Source of the DNA: a virus
DNA: 64,000 bases
IMG/VR virus record: IMGVR_UViG_3300009155_000038
Reading direction: 5' to 3' (one strand)
A program made the translations under genes and the position numbers. The first letter of the stretch is position 1, and every line of letters begins with the position of its first letter. The notes below the pieces were generated by a model that was not told where the DNA came from, did not search any database, and saw nothing but the letters and a program-made list of their open reading frames with translations. Shown here piece after piece: positions 19,428 through 29,153 of this stretch.

Positions 19428-21827
19428 TTAGGAGTTTGCAACAGCGCCAAGATCAACGTCCGCACCAGACTCTTCAGGATACGGCTCAATAGTCTTCTGC
19501 TTGAGGAACAGAATCACGTCGCCGAGCATCTCAAAGGCGTTGCGCAGCGAATCTTCCAGCTCCGGCATATCAGCCTTGCCGTACCGCTCAGCGAACCGGT
19601 CGCCGTGCCAGTAGAACATGAACAGAATGCGGCCCAACTTATCGAGTCCCTTGGTCAGGTCGCCCATGTAGCGGTCAACGAGCCCGTCGTCACGCACAGC
19701 GCGCAGCATGCTGCCGATCATCGCCGTGTCGAACACTTCCTTCTGGCCCGACTGCGCAGCGTCGATAACAGACCGAACGTCTTTGTTATCAAACATCGGG
19801 TTCGGGTTATAGATCTGGCGATCTGTCTGGCTGGCGCTCATGCCAGTTACCGGCACGCCAACGTCGATACCCAGCTGCGTCGGAACGCTGGAACCCATGA
19901 TTGTCTCGCCGCCCATAACCGGACCCGGATCACTCGGGGCGTTAGGAGCGCTATTAATCATCATCGGGCCGCCGTACGGGTCGGCATACTTGATACGCCC
20001 TTCGTACTTGCGCTTGGCCGATGCAGTCTTGAGGATCTCGCGGGCCTCGGCTTCGCGTAGACCGTGATGCTCAACGAGCGTGACCAGCGCCTTAATCGGG
20101 CTGACGGCAGCTTCTTTGTTAATGCTGACTTCCGTGCCGCTGTGATACACAGTCAGGCTGGCTGTCTTCTGCATGATGGCCATCTGTGCGTCGGCGATAT
20201 TGCCGGGCATCAGCGGCGGATCTTCGCTACCGCCGCAGCCGCAGTTTGGCTTATCTTCCGACAGCTCGCTGGCCGGCACGTCGTCTTCGCCAAGCTTGCA
20301 CTTGAGAAGCTTGTAACCCTCTGGCACAAAGATGTCGCCCATGCTCGCGCGGAGCTTGGAGCCCTTGCTGGTGCCAAGATGGACGCGCACGCCGTCACGA
20401 TACTTGCTGTAGTTCAGCGGATCGTTGTAGCAGCAGTCGCCGATATGGCCCTTGGGCGGGTGCTTCGAGTGGTCTTCAAGATCGACTTCGTAAGATTTCA
20501 CGCCGAATTCGCTCTCGCCGTACTCACGAATCATGCGAACCGGCACCGTAGCGTCGCCGTTCTTGTTGATCAGCATGTACCGGGAACTGTTGCTCGGTAG
20601 GCTGCTTGCTTCCGGCAGACCGTCAAACCACTTGGTGAACTCTTCGTCTTCGATCTTGAACAGCGCAAACACTTGGTCAGCGCGGGTGTTGACCCAATCA
20701 GGGCTGCCTTCGGTGCGCACCACGGTGACAAAGTCAGCGCGCTTGGCAGCAGCTTGCGGAAACACGGCCACGTAGCAGCGCTCAATGTTGCCGCCCTTGA
20801 CCAGAATCTCGTACAGGCCGCTTTCGCTGGGCGTAAACAGCTTTTGCTCAAATTGAATGTTGTACGGCACCGAGACGTTATCATCGCCGCGCTCATCCTT
20901 GATCAGCACGCCGTCACGAAGCAACTTCTCTTGGTCTTCTTCGCTGTAACCGGCCGGGAGCTTTGTCTGCACCGTAGTGTCATACGAAATAACTTTCAGG
21001 CCAGACTGCGCTTTCGGCTTCTCGGGCGCCTCGGACAGCACACTGGCAATCTTGGTCTGATTCTCGCGCGTCTTGGCGATGGCAATAGCTTCTTTAATGA
21101 TATCTAAGCCGTGGAACTCCTCGATGGCGCTGGCAATCTGCGGGGCGTGCTGGCATGTCTTAACCAGCATTTCCAGCGTTGTCAGGCGGGCTTCCTTGAG
21201 GAATGTTGCCAAATTCAGCGTCTTGCCCATATCAGCAAAAGCCGACACGGTGTTCATCGTGGCGGCCTTAGCAAACGCCGGCATGGCCTCGTCGACCATT
21301 TCCTTGAGCGTGGGCTTGGCCGACCCGAACTTAGCCGGACTGCGCGACAGCTGTGTAAAGTCAGGCTGGCGCTGGCCGAACTGAGACAGATTCTTGTCAA
21401 TGCCGCTGCCCATGATGTTGGGCTTTCGGTTAACGAGATAGTTAATCCAGTTTTCCTTGAGCGGCACAAAGATATCTTGGTTCTTGATGTACAGCAGCTC
21501 GTGGCCCTTCAAGTCGCCGTTCAGGAAGAACACCGGCGCGTACAGCCACAGCGAACCGACCTTGAACGCGAACACGGCTACTGCCTTGGTGTTTTCGCGA
21601 TTCCGGTCGAGAAGCTGGAAACCGATTTCGTGATCCAGCAGCTTCGGAGCCGAGTCGCGCAGATAGGCGTGAGCCAGATTGCTAAACGACTGCTCAAACG
21701 AGGTGTCGTCGCCCTTACCGCCAAGGTCAGCCTGCTTTGTCTGGCTCCGATCATGTGACCGGACGACAGTCAGCCAATGCTTATACGACGATTCTTTGGT
21801 CTTTTTGTTGTACACGGCCACCTCCAT
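19428..21827 (-). CDS. Large internal virion protein adjacent to RNAP
   Basis: 799 aa (start may be GTG near 21815 after GGAGG); KQAD, KAAT, KIAS, two KTAS, KYAD motifs. Confidence 0.6.
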   Translation of the reverse strand: MEVAVYNKKTKESSYKHWLTVVRSHDRSQTKQADLGGKGDDTSFEQSFSNLAHAYLRDSAPKLLDHEIGFQLLDRNRENTKAVAVFAFKVGSLWLYAPVFFLNGDLKGHELLYIKNQDIFVPLKENWINYLVNRKPNIMGSGIDKNLSQFGQRQPDFTQLSRSPAKFGSAKPTLKEMVDEAMPAFAKAATMNTVSAFADMGKTLNLATFLKEARLTTLEMLVKTCQHAPQIASAIEEFHGLDIIKEAIAIAKTRENQTKIASVLSEAPEKPKAQSGLKVISYDTTVQTKLPAGYSEEDQEKLLRDGVLIKDERGDDNVSVPYNIQFEQKLFTPSESGLYEILVKGGNIERCYVAVFPQAAAKRADFVTVVRTEGSPDWVNTRADQVFALFKIEDEEFTKWFDGLPEASSLPSNSSRYMLINKNGDATVPVRMIREYGESEFGVKSYEVDLEDHSKHPPKGHIGDCCYNDPLNYSKYRDGVRVHLGTSKGSKLRASMGDIFVPEGYKLLKCKLGEDDVPASELSEDKPNCGCGGSEDPPLMPGNIADAQMAIMQKTASLTVYHSGTEVSINKEAAVSPIKALVTLVEHHGLREAEAREILKTASAKRKYEGRIKYADPYGGPMMINSAPNAPSDPGPVMGGETIMGSSVPTQLGIDVGVPVTGMSASQTDRQIYNPNPMFDNKDVRSVIDAAQSGQKEVFDTAMIGSMLRAVRDDGLVDRYMGDLTKGLDKLGRILFMFYWHGDRFAERYGKADMPELEDSLRNAFEMLGDVILFLKQKTIEPYPEESGADVDLGAVANS

Positions 21828-21898
21828 GCGGCGCAGCTGCGAAATATCACTCTGTATAATTTACAGGGTTTCGGCCTCTATATCCTACCCGAATGTAG

Positions 21899-23773
21899 TT
21901 AAGGCTTCCACCCACTCGTCGTGCCCGTTACGCCGAACTGCTCTCCGCGAGCCAATGCCGGCACGTAACTGCTGCTCGCTGTGTCCGAGCTTAAGCCACG
22001 GTGCACGCTATTCATCAGGCCTTTTTCTTGATACGACCCCAGCATACGGGTCATCCAATCAGTGTCGTTAGAGATGTTCGACATACCGCGCACCATCTCC
22101 GGCTCAAACGGCGGCGGCTCTTTGTGCGCTTGAATATTGTGAACGCCGTACTTATTTAGATTAGCTGCGACGTTTTTGCCAATTTTTGTGCCGATAGAAT
22201 AATGCAAGACGGGCTGTTCTAAGTAGTGCCCGACCATAGCCTGCGGCGCGCCAGATACTGCGCCCGCGCGCGGCTGCCAGTTTCGTTCCAGCGCAGAATA
22301 TGGCACGATATCGTCTGGCACGTAATCGCCGTGCTCGTCGGTCAGCCGCACATGGTTAATGAGCCCACGCGCGAGCAGCTCTACATTACGACGGTGCGAC
22401 GAAATACCGCTGTTTTTCATGACCTGCTGCATCGCCTGCACGAAATAGCGCCGGCCTTCGCCGATACCTTTGTGCTTCACGACTTCAGCCGGACTGGGCA
22501 TGCCGCTCGAAATAACATCGCCGGCTTCTAGTTCGTCGCCCTTTTTAACGCTAACTTCTCGGTCAGCCGAGACGTAATGGTCTTGGCCGTTGACCTGTAC
22601 GTAAAACCCGCCTTGCGGCGCCGGCCTTACTTCTTGCACACGGCCGTCGACTTGCGTGTGCGTCGCACCATTTGGGTATTTCTTCGGTACCTGAACCAGA
22701 GCGTTGAGCGCTTTGAACCCCGAAATAGCTCCTGCGCCACCCACACCGCCAGAGTGCTTCGAGCTAATCTGGCTTTGCGTTACCGGCTCAGAAAGCGCCT
22801 GCGCAGCGGCAATACCGACATAGTCACCAATCGGCGGTAATCGATGCTTTTCCCGATATCCCACGTCCTTGGCAAAAACACCGCCATCTGCCGGGCCGCC
22901 CACTAATGGGCTGCGGACTAAGATATCTTTAACCCCCATCTGTTTCATATCTCGCAGGATTTTGGGGGTTAGCAGTGTGTCGCGCTTGTACGGCCCCACA
23001 GGTCGCGACAAAAACGCGCCCTCGTTATCTACGTCGTCTACATCGGTCGGCATCCCGCGGTCGTGAGCTGTGGCATTGCGCTCTGCATCATCCTCATCGT
23101 CTTGAGTCACAAGAAGCCGATGCGTCATTTGCGTTAGCTGCTTGCCGAAAAATCCAGCGTCAGCCGTAGCGGTCTTTAAATCCATAACGCCCTTGCGGGT
23201 GCCGAATGCGCCGGCAAAATACTCTACCGGGCGCAAACCTTGTCCGTAGCCATGCGTTACCGGAATTGGAATCGGCTCGCCGCGGTGATCGAGATACTGC
23301 ATATCAGCGCCGATAAGGCTATTCAGCGAGAATTTATTACCTCTGCCCACGCCATGCACTTGTTGGGCAAGCGGGTTATCCTCCCCGTGCGACTCGGCAA
23401 ATACTTTCTCCACAAGATCGCGCTGCGCGTTTGACGCCAGTTCCAACAGGCGCAGATCTCGCTCTTTGTCGTCGATACCGCGGTCGGCAAATAGTTTCTG
23501 CAGATCGCCGTGCATCTTGAGCTGGGCGTTGCGTACGGCCAGTGTCGGCTTAATGTGCTTTAGCCCGAACGACAGACCATTTGTTGTGTAACTGGCGTCC
23601 TTGCCGATGTCATGCAGCTTTTTCATAACCGGCCGGTACTGATCCGGGTACTTCTCGGCTAGCTGCGTCGCAAGTTCTGCCATCTTTTTCTTGGTCAGAA
23701 CCCGCTCGTGGTCGCGCATGTCGGGCGGCAAGGCCTCGTTAATCAGAACTTGTCCGAGCGTTGTTTTGAGCAT
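21899..23773 (-). CDS. rpoC: RNA polymerase beta' subunit, C-terminal half
   Basis: TTLGQVLINEALP start; bridge helix EYFAGAFGTRKGVMDLKTATADAGFFGKQL; trigger loop VGIAAAQALSEPVTQSQISSKHSGG. Confidence 0.9.
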   Translation of the reverse strand: MLKTTLGQVLINEALPPDMRDHERVLTKKKMAELATQLAEKYPDQYRPVMKKLHDIGKDASYTTNGLSFGLKHIKPTLAVRNAQLKMHGDLQKLFADRGIDDKERDLRLLELASNAQRDLVEKVFAESHGEDNPLAQQVHGVGRGNKFSLNSLIGADMQYLDHRGEPIPIPVTHGYGQGLRPVEYFAGAFGTRKGVMDLKTATADAGFFGKQLTQMTHRLLVTQDDEDDAERNATAHDRGMPTDVDDVDNEGAFLSRPVGPYKRDTLLTPKILRDMKQMGVKDILVRSPLVGGPADGGVFAKDVGYREKHRLPPIGDYVGIAAAQALSEPVTQSQISSKHSGGVGGAGAISGFKALNALVQVPKKYPNGATHTQVDGRVQEVRPAPQGGFYVQVNGQDHYVSADREVSVKKGDELEAGDVISSGMPSPAEVVKHKGIGEGRRYFVQAMQQVMKNSGISSHRRNVELLARGLINHVRLTDEHGDYVPDDIVPYSALERNWQPRAGAVSGAPQAMVGHYLEQPVLHYSIGTKIGKNVAANLNKYGVHNIQAHKEPPPFEPEMVRGMSNISNDTDWMTRMLGSYQEKGLMNSVHRGLSSDTASSSYVPALARGEQFGVTGTTSGWKP

Positions 23774-23774
23774 A

Positions 23775-24014
23775 TTACGGCGCCCAGACAATGTTTTCGA
23801 TCGGCTTTGGTTTAAATTCTGAAACTGCGACTGTCTTATTAATGCCTAACGCCTGCAAAATTGAGTGAAAGTCTTTTTCGCCGGGCGTTGAATACACAAT
23901 CGCCTCATCAAGCTGAAGCGCTACAAAAATAGGGTTGCCCAGATCGTCTTCAACAACGATGCTGTGCGCTTTTTGTTCTGTAGGCTGCAGCTTGTACTGC
24001 GTCTTAATGTGCAT
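23775..24014 (-). CDS. Small hypothetical protein between RNAP genes
   Basis: ATG 24014 overlaps the upstream stop; about 79 aa. Confidence 0.55.
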   Translation of the reverse strand: MHIKTQYKLQPTEQKAHSIVVEDDLGNPIFVALQLDEAIVYSTPGEKDFHSILQALGINKTVAVSEFKPKPIENIVWAP

Positions 24015-24729
24015 TCCCGGACAAGCTCCGCAACATGGCCGCAGCGGCACTCGCCTTGGTTTGCAGATCAACCGCCGGCGACTCCACAGTGCTGGTTACA
24101 CTGCGATCAACCGGGTGCCCGATGTAAGACGCTGACTTGTTGTATTCATTAGCCAGATCCCACCAGCTAGCTACCTTACCCGCATTGGGGTCTTGCGGCG
24201 GGGCGCTGGGATCCATGGGACCGCCCGGAGGCAGCGGACCACCCGGAGCTTGCGGGCCTTGCGGCGCGCTGGGGTCTTGCTGCGGGGGTGGCGGCGCCAT
24301 CGGACCACCGGGAAGTGCCGACTCAGCCGGCGGTGCGCCCGGCGAACCCGGAGGCAGAACCAGCGATTCTGGCGGAACTTGCACGCCCAGCGCGTTCATA
24401 ATCGCCGTTAACTGCTGCTGCATGTTGTACAGCCGGTAATCCAACATGTTCATCATCTGCTCAGGCTTGAGCTTCTGTACGGCAGCGGCGCCGGGAGCAG
24501 CACCGGGCGCCGCGGGAGCAGCTGGAGCCGCGGGTGCAACAGGGGCTGCGGGAGCAACAGCACCCATAGCTGCCGGGTCAACAGGCGGAGCGGCGGCAGC
24601 CGGATCGGCGGGAGGAGCCGCGCCCATTGCTGCGGGGTCCACGGGGGCGGCTGCGGGCGGCGGGAAATCAGCCTCTTTTACGAGGCGCGCTGCCGCTAAG
24701 GCAATAAGTTCTGGGTTAACTGTGTACAT
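24004..24729 (-). CDS. Pro/Ala-rich protein with central helical segment, between RNAP genes
   Basis: SD GGAGGAG; PAA repeats; KEAD, KVAS, KSAS motifs. Confidence 0.65.
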   Translation of the reverse strand: MYTVNPELIALAAARLVKEADFPPPAAAPVDPAAMGAAPPADPAAAAPPVDPAAMGAVAPAAPVAPAAPAAPAAPGAAPGAAAVQKLKPEQMMNMLDYRLYNMQQQLTAIMNALGVQVPPESLVLPPGSPGAPPAESALPGGPMAPPPPQQDPSAPQGPQAPGGPLPPGGPMDPSAPPQDPNAGKVASWWDLANEYNKSASYIGHPVDRSVTSTVESPAVDLQTKASAAAAMLRSLSGNAH

Positions 24730-24752
24730 GACTCCTCCTTGAGTACGGCCGA

Positions 24753-27700
24753 TTACGTATTATCTTCCACAATATGCACTGGGGTGTCTACATCTATTTC
24801 CCCACGCCGGTATGCGCTAATAGCATCTTGCTTGTTGCGAAACACACGGGGCTTAGCTTTATTGTTGATCCGGCTGGACGCCAGATACATGCCGGTCTGG
24901 TAATCCGCCTGCGGCACATAATGAGCTTTAAACGACGCCGCGGCAAATAAATTTTTACTCGGCAGCATCTTGGCCACAGCTTCAGCCGCCGCATCGTCGG
25001 TGCTCGGGACGTGGTACTGCATCGCATCGCCGTCAAAGTCCGCGTTAAAACCCTTGGTAATCACAGGGTTTACTTCCATGACCTTGTTCTTCGTTAATTT
25101 GGGATAGAACGCCATCATGCCGTAGCGATGCAGTACGGGCGCACGATTAATAACAATCGGGCGCTTGCTCATTTGAGTCTGCAGCTCGTCCATCGCGGCT
25201 TTGTTCTTATCTTCGACAAACTGGAGCGCCTGCATTCTGGGCAATCCGCGGCGAACAAGCCCGCGCACGACGAACGGCTTGTAAACATCCCACGCTTTTT
25301 CTTCGGGCAGCGCGACTTCGTCCATGTCTAAGTCTGGGTTCGGCGTAATCACAGCGCGGCCCACAAGATCGACCGTAGAACTCAGCAACTTGCGCTGAAC
25401 CGTGCCGTACTTGGGGGAATTACCAAAGATGTGCGACAAGAAGCCGCGAACATTGCGCTCGACGTTCTTGGGGTGCTGCGGATCACCCAAACCAGTTACG
25501 CCCTTCATAGCGTCGTACACATTCAAGCGCTCGTCGCCGTACTCTGTGACTTGCTGCGCTGCGTCTTTCAATGCGCCGTTCGCGTCGAGTAACTCTTTGT
25601 AGAGATAATTCGCGTCAGCCACGAGCGGGAGCTTCTTCGCGCCCATTGTCGATACGGGGCGGAATAGCGGCGGAATGACTGGTATCTTGGTCAGCATCCA
25701 GTCTTTGGGATGCACGCCAATACGCTCAGCGCTCTTTAAATATCCCAGCTTACGCACAGCGGCATCGCGCTGAACGGCACGGCCCGATTTGATGTCTTCG
25801 CGCGCCTGCTCAATAGCTTTGGGAAGATTGATCTTCGCCAGCGCGTCTGAAATAGCTTGCGGGCCAGTAGCGTCGTACAGCTTTTCTTGGCCAGCAAGAA
25901 CACCGCGAAACTGTTTCTCTGTCAGCCCCAAAACCCGACGAATAGGATCTTCCATGATCGGGTTAGGCATCGGCTCGTGTAATGTTATCTTTGACCAGCG
26001 ATTGCCGCCGTGGCCACCCGTAAGCGTCTCGTCAAAAAGGCCGCCGGCGACTGGCTTCATCCGGCCTTTCCAATCCACCGTTTCGGCATTCTGGATCTCG
26101 CGGTTACCGGCTAGCTGATCGACGTCTTTGTCGTGCAGGGCCATGATATTCGTCTTCGTACCAGTGCGCGTGACGTTAATCCCAGAGCCCTTGAGCTGGT
26201 TGACGAACTTTTCATAAACGTGCGGGATCTTGGGCAGCGGGGCGTCATAACCGGCCATGAACTGCGACCAATACTCTGGGTTCGCTTGACCGCGCACCAT
26301 TTTGGCGTCGCGAATGACTTTGCCGGCGCCGTGAGACAACAGCGCGCCCAGATCAAGCATGCCCACGCGCTTCGCGCCTTCTGAACCGCCCTTGGCCGGC
26401 GTGCCTTCCGCTGTGTAACCGCCGGTAGAGCGCCCCTGCCCTTTGGACTCAGCTGTGTGGTGCAGCTTCATAAAGAATCTATTACCAGTGAGCACGTTGC
26501 CAATCTTGCGGCCAGTCTCAGGGTCAAATAAATCCTCGGTGTCATTCAGCCCGTGCTTGGCGAGTTCTTTCTGCGCAAACTCGACCATATCTGTGTCGTT
26601 ATCGAAATCTTTAACCTTGTACGGCTGGCCAGTTTTGGCGGCTACTTTGCCTAGTGCGGTTTCGATAACTTGAGACGGATTCACGCGCGAGATCAGGCCC
26701 AGCGGACTGACCAGCACTTCCATGGGGTTGCCGTCTTTGTCGTGCGGCATCTGATGATCTGGGACAATATCAGAAATTACACCCTTGTCGCCAAATCGAC
26801 CTGTGAGCTTGTCGCCAACTTCCATCGGTGCTTGATTCTTGACGACAACGCTGACGCCCTTGGATGTGTGCTCAACGTCGGTCACAATACCGGGCGCATG
26901 ATGATCCCATGTCACTGTTTCGTTGGTAAAGCTGCCGGCACGACCACGATGCACTTTGCCGTACACCGTGTCTTTTTTCTTAGCCACGAGCACAAGCGGG
27001 TCACCGAAGTTGACGGTCATGCCCTTCTTGATCGCGCCTTGGTCATCAAAGTTATCTAAAAGCTTCTTCTCGTACTGGCCGGGAAACAAACTCACGAATG
27101 CGCGCTTGCCGACGTGCGTGTTGTCGTCCCACTCGGCTTCATGCTGATACATGTGCTCAGACGTTAAACGCTTGGCCGCAGACTCGGAGATCACCGTAGC
27201 GTCTTCGTAGTTCTTGCCCCTGAATGGCAGATAACCCACGCGCATATTTAAACCTAGCGCGGCCGAGCCATTGCTGTCTGTAAAATTAGAGCGCGCCAGC
27301 AGTTGCCCGGGCTTAATGACATCGCCCGGCTGTACCATTGGCGTCTGATGTAAAAACGTCTTCCGGTTGTACGGCATGTCGTTGTACAGTTCGACGGTTT
27401 TCTTGTTGCCGTCGCGATCACGTACCACAATACCGTCTGGCGACACGGAAACTACTTGGCCGTGAATATCAGACCGCGTAGCGCCAAGCCGCTCACCCAT
27501 TTCGTCTTCATGTGATGTGCCCGGTTTATCGGCCACGGCAGACTGCACAAACGGCGCTTCGGCACCAACGAGCGGTAACGCCTGCGTAAACATGCGCGAA
27601 CCCATGATGACGCGATGGCCCTTCATCATGAACTTGAGCGGCACCATGTTAGACAGCGACGAGAACGCCGAGTCCATATGCGGCAAGCTGTACTGCACTT

Positions 27701-29150
27701 CTTTGCGCGGCACATACTTAATCTTGCCGCCAACAAGCGCGGCGACTACTGGCAGCTTGTTGTTTTCTTCGCCCGGAAAGGCCAACGGTGTATCAGCTAG
27801 TTCTTGCGGTGTCTTATGCGTTGTTTCTCCGGTCTTCATGTCGATAACCGGCGTATAAATTCTGCCGTCAGCGCCCTTCATTGCGCCACGGGCAAACCGC
27901 ATGTCCACGCCGACTTTGCCAGATTCGGGAGTGCGCAGGTAGTCGATGTAACCTAGATGGCTGGGTTGTACGCTGCGCGACTCAGCCGGCACGGCGTCGA
28001 GCGATGAAATACCGCCTTCGCCCATGCGCGTCACGCGGGTCTGATGGTCAAAAATTTCAGCCGGGTTGATTTCTTCCAAGCTTGAACCAAGACCAGAACC
28101 AATGAGCGCGCTCGAAATAGCCTTGTCAAATACGCCGCTCGGGATGTGGTCGATGGATTTCTTTGCAGTGGCGCGCCAGAGAAGCTTGTTCAAACCTTGC
28201 CTATCTTTGCCAAACCGTTCTGCAATAAGATCTTCCGGCCCCGCAATTGACTGGAACACCATGTTGTCTCGGTCGTCCGGGTCAGCTTCGCGACGATTTA
28301 CAGCCAAGAGTTTCTTGGTGATCGCCAGCATCGTTTCAGCATTGATATTTTTATGCCCGGCACCCAGAGTGCGATGCGTGACTTCAGGATCTAACTCAAC
28401 CTTGGCAAACGCTTCTTGAATAGCCTGTTGTTTTGCAATGTTGTCGGCGTTCAGGTCAATCTTGTTAGCTATTCTTTGATACAGCTTATCCAGTGTGCCG
28501 GCGTCGCCCTTCGCCATGTTTACGGCGGTGATGTCGTTGCCCCAATGTTCGCGGAGCTGTTGGTCCGTGACGCCCATGCTCTTGAGCACCGGCATCAGCG
28601 GAATCTGTGCCTGCCCGATATTGATCTTGAACACGCCGGTCTTGGGGTCGAGAAAATACCGGTGCGAGCGGCCCTTGCCGGGAAGCGTATTCACGTGCGC
28701 TTCGATTTCGCCGTTGTCTTTCTCGCGAGTAAACACGCCCGGCCGCAAACGCATTTGGTGGGCGAGCGTGTATTCAACGCCTTTGTTTACAAACGTGCCG
28801 GAGTCGGTGAGATACGGCACATGCGCAATCGTCGCATTCTTCTGCCCGACAACTTGGCCGGTTTTGTTATCTACCAATGACCATGTGCCCTGCAACTTAC
28901 GCGAGAGCGAGCCGCGGGTGAGAACAGCGCGCTTTTGATCCGCTCGGGTATACACCTCTGGACCGGCGTAGTTCGCGTCAGTCAGATTCAGCGTGTACAG
29001 ATCGTTCTGTAGCGGCTTGATAGTTTGCGCGCTAGTCAGAGCCTGATCAAAGATATTTTTACGCATGCCCGAAATGTCTCCGAAGGCCCGCATCGTTGGG
29101 GTCGGAGACTGCGACGTATTAACAAGCGGCGGTAGCTCAGGCGTTGGCAT
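24753..29150 (-). CDS. rpoB: RNA polymerase beta subunit fused to N-terminal half of beta'
   Basis: beta motifs (GTFVNKGVEY, TPESGKVG, GKNYEDATVISE, GDKLTGRFGDKGVIS, SPLGLISRVN, KLHH..GRSTG) followed by beta' motifs (IPVIPPLFRP, VDLVGRAVI, NRAPVLHRYG, catalytic NADFDGDAM). Confidence 0.95.
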   Translation of the reverse strand: MPTPELPPLVNTSQSPTPTMRAFGDISGMRKNIFDQALTSAQTIKPLQNDLYTLNLTDANYAGPEVYTRADQKRAVLTRGSLSRKLQGTWSLVDNKTGQVVGQKNATIAHVPYLTDSGTFVNKGVEYTLAHQMRLRPGVFTREKDNGEIEAHVNTLPGKGRSHRYFLDPKTGVFKINIGQAQIPLMPVLKSMGVTDQQLREHWGNDITAVNMAKGDAGTLDKLYQRIANKIDLNADNIAKQQAIQEAFAKVELDPEVTHRTLGAGHKNINAETMLAITKKLLAVNRREADPDDRDNMVFQSIAGPEDLIAERFGKDRQGLNKLLWRATAKKSIDHIPSGVFDKAISSALIGSGLGSSLEEINPAEIFDHQTRVTRMGEGGISSLDAVPAESRSVQPSHLGYIDYLRTPESGKVGVDMRFARGAMKGADGRIYTPVIDMKTGETTHKTPQELADTPLAFPGEENNKLPVVAALVGGKIKYVPRKEVQYSLPHMDSAFSSLSNMVPLKFMMKGHRVIMGSRMFTQALPLVGAEAPFVQSAVADKPGTSHEDEMGERLGATRSDIHGQVVSVSPDGIVVRDRDGNKKTVELYNDMPYNRKTFLHQTPMVQPGDVIKPGQLLARSNFTDSNGSAALGLNMRVGYLPFRGKNYEDATVISESAAKRLTSEHMYQHEAEWDDNTHVGKRAFVSLFPGQYEKKLLDNFDDQGAIKKGMTVNFGDPLVLVAKKKDTVYGKVHRGRAGSFTNETVTWDHHAPGIVTDVEHTSKGVSVVVKNQAPMEVGDKLTGRFGDKGVISDIVPDHQMPHDKDGNPMEVLVSPLGLISRVNPSQVIETALGKVAAKTGQPYKVKDFDNDTDMVEFAQKELAKHGLNDTEDLFDPETGRKIGNVLTGNRFFMKLHHTAESKGQGRSTGGYTAEGTPAKGGSEGAKRVGMLDLGALLSHGAGKVIRDAKMVRGQANPEYWSQFMAGYDAPLPKIPHVYEKFVNQLKGSGINVTRTGTKTNIMALHDKDVDQLAGNREIQNAETVDWKGRMKPVAGGLFDETLTGGHGGNRWSKITLHEPMPNPIMEDPIRRVLGLTEKQFRGVLAGQEKLYDATGPQAISDALAKINLPKAIEQAREDIKSGRAVQRDAAVRKLGYLKSAERIGVHPKDWMLTKIPVIPPLFRPVSTMGAKKLPLVADANYLYKELLDANGALKDAAQQVTEYGDERLNVYDAMKGVTGLGDPQHPKNVERNVRGFLSHIFGNSPKYGTVQRKLLSSTVDLVGRAVITPNPDLDMDEVALPEEKAWDVYKPFVVRGLVRRGLPRMQALQFVEDKNKAAMDELQTQMSKRPIVINRAPVLHRYGMMAFYPKLTKNKVMEVNPVITKGFNADFDGDAMQYHVPSTDDAAAEAVAKMLPSKNLFAAASFKAHYVPQADYQTGMYLASSRINNKAKPRVFRNKQDAISAYRRGEIDVDTPVHIVEDNT

Positions 29151-29153
29151 GCG

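Noticed and set aside
19428-21827. Portal or terminase assignment for the 799-aa protein
   Set aside because: No portal or ATPase/nuclease motifs recognised; its many K-x-A sites fit an internal protein. Portal, terminase, tape measure and DNA polymerase appear to lie outside the window.
24190-24670. Pro/Ala tandem repeats as a DNA repeat element
   Set aside because: Explained by a low-complexity protein linker; no DNA-level periodic identity
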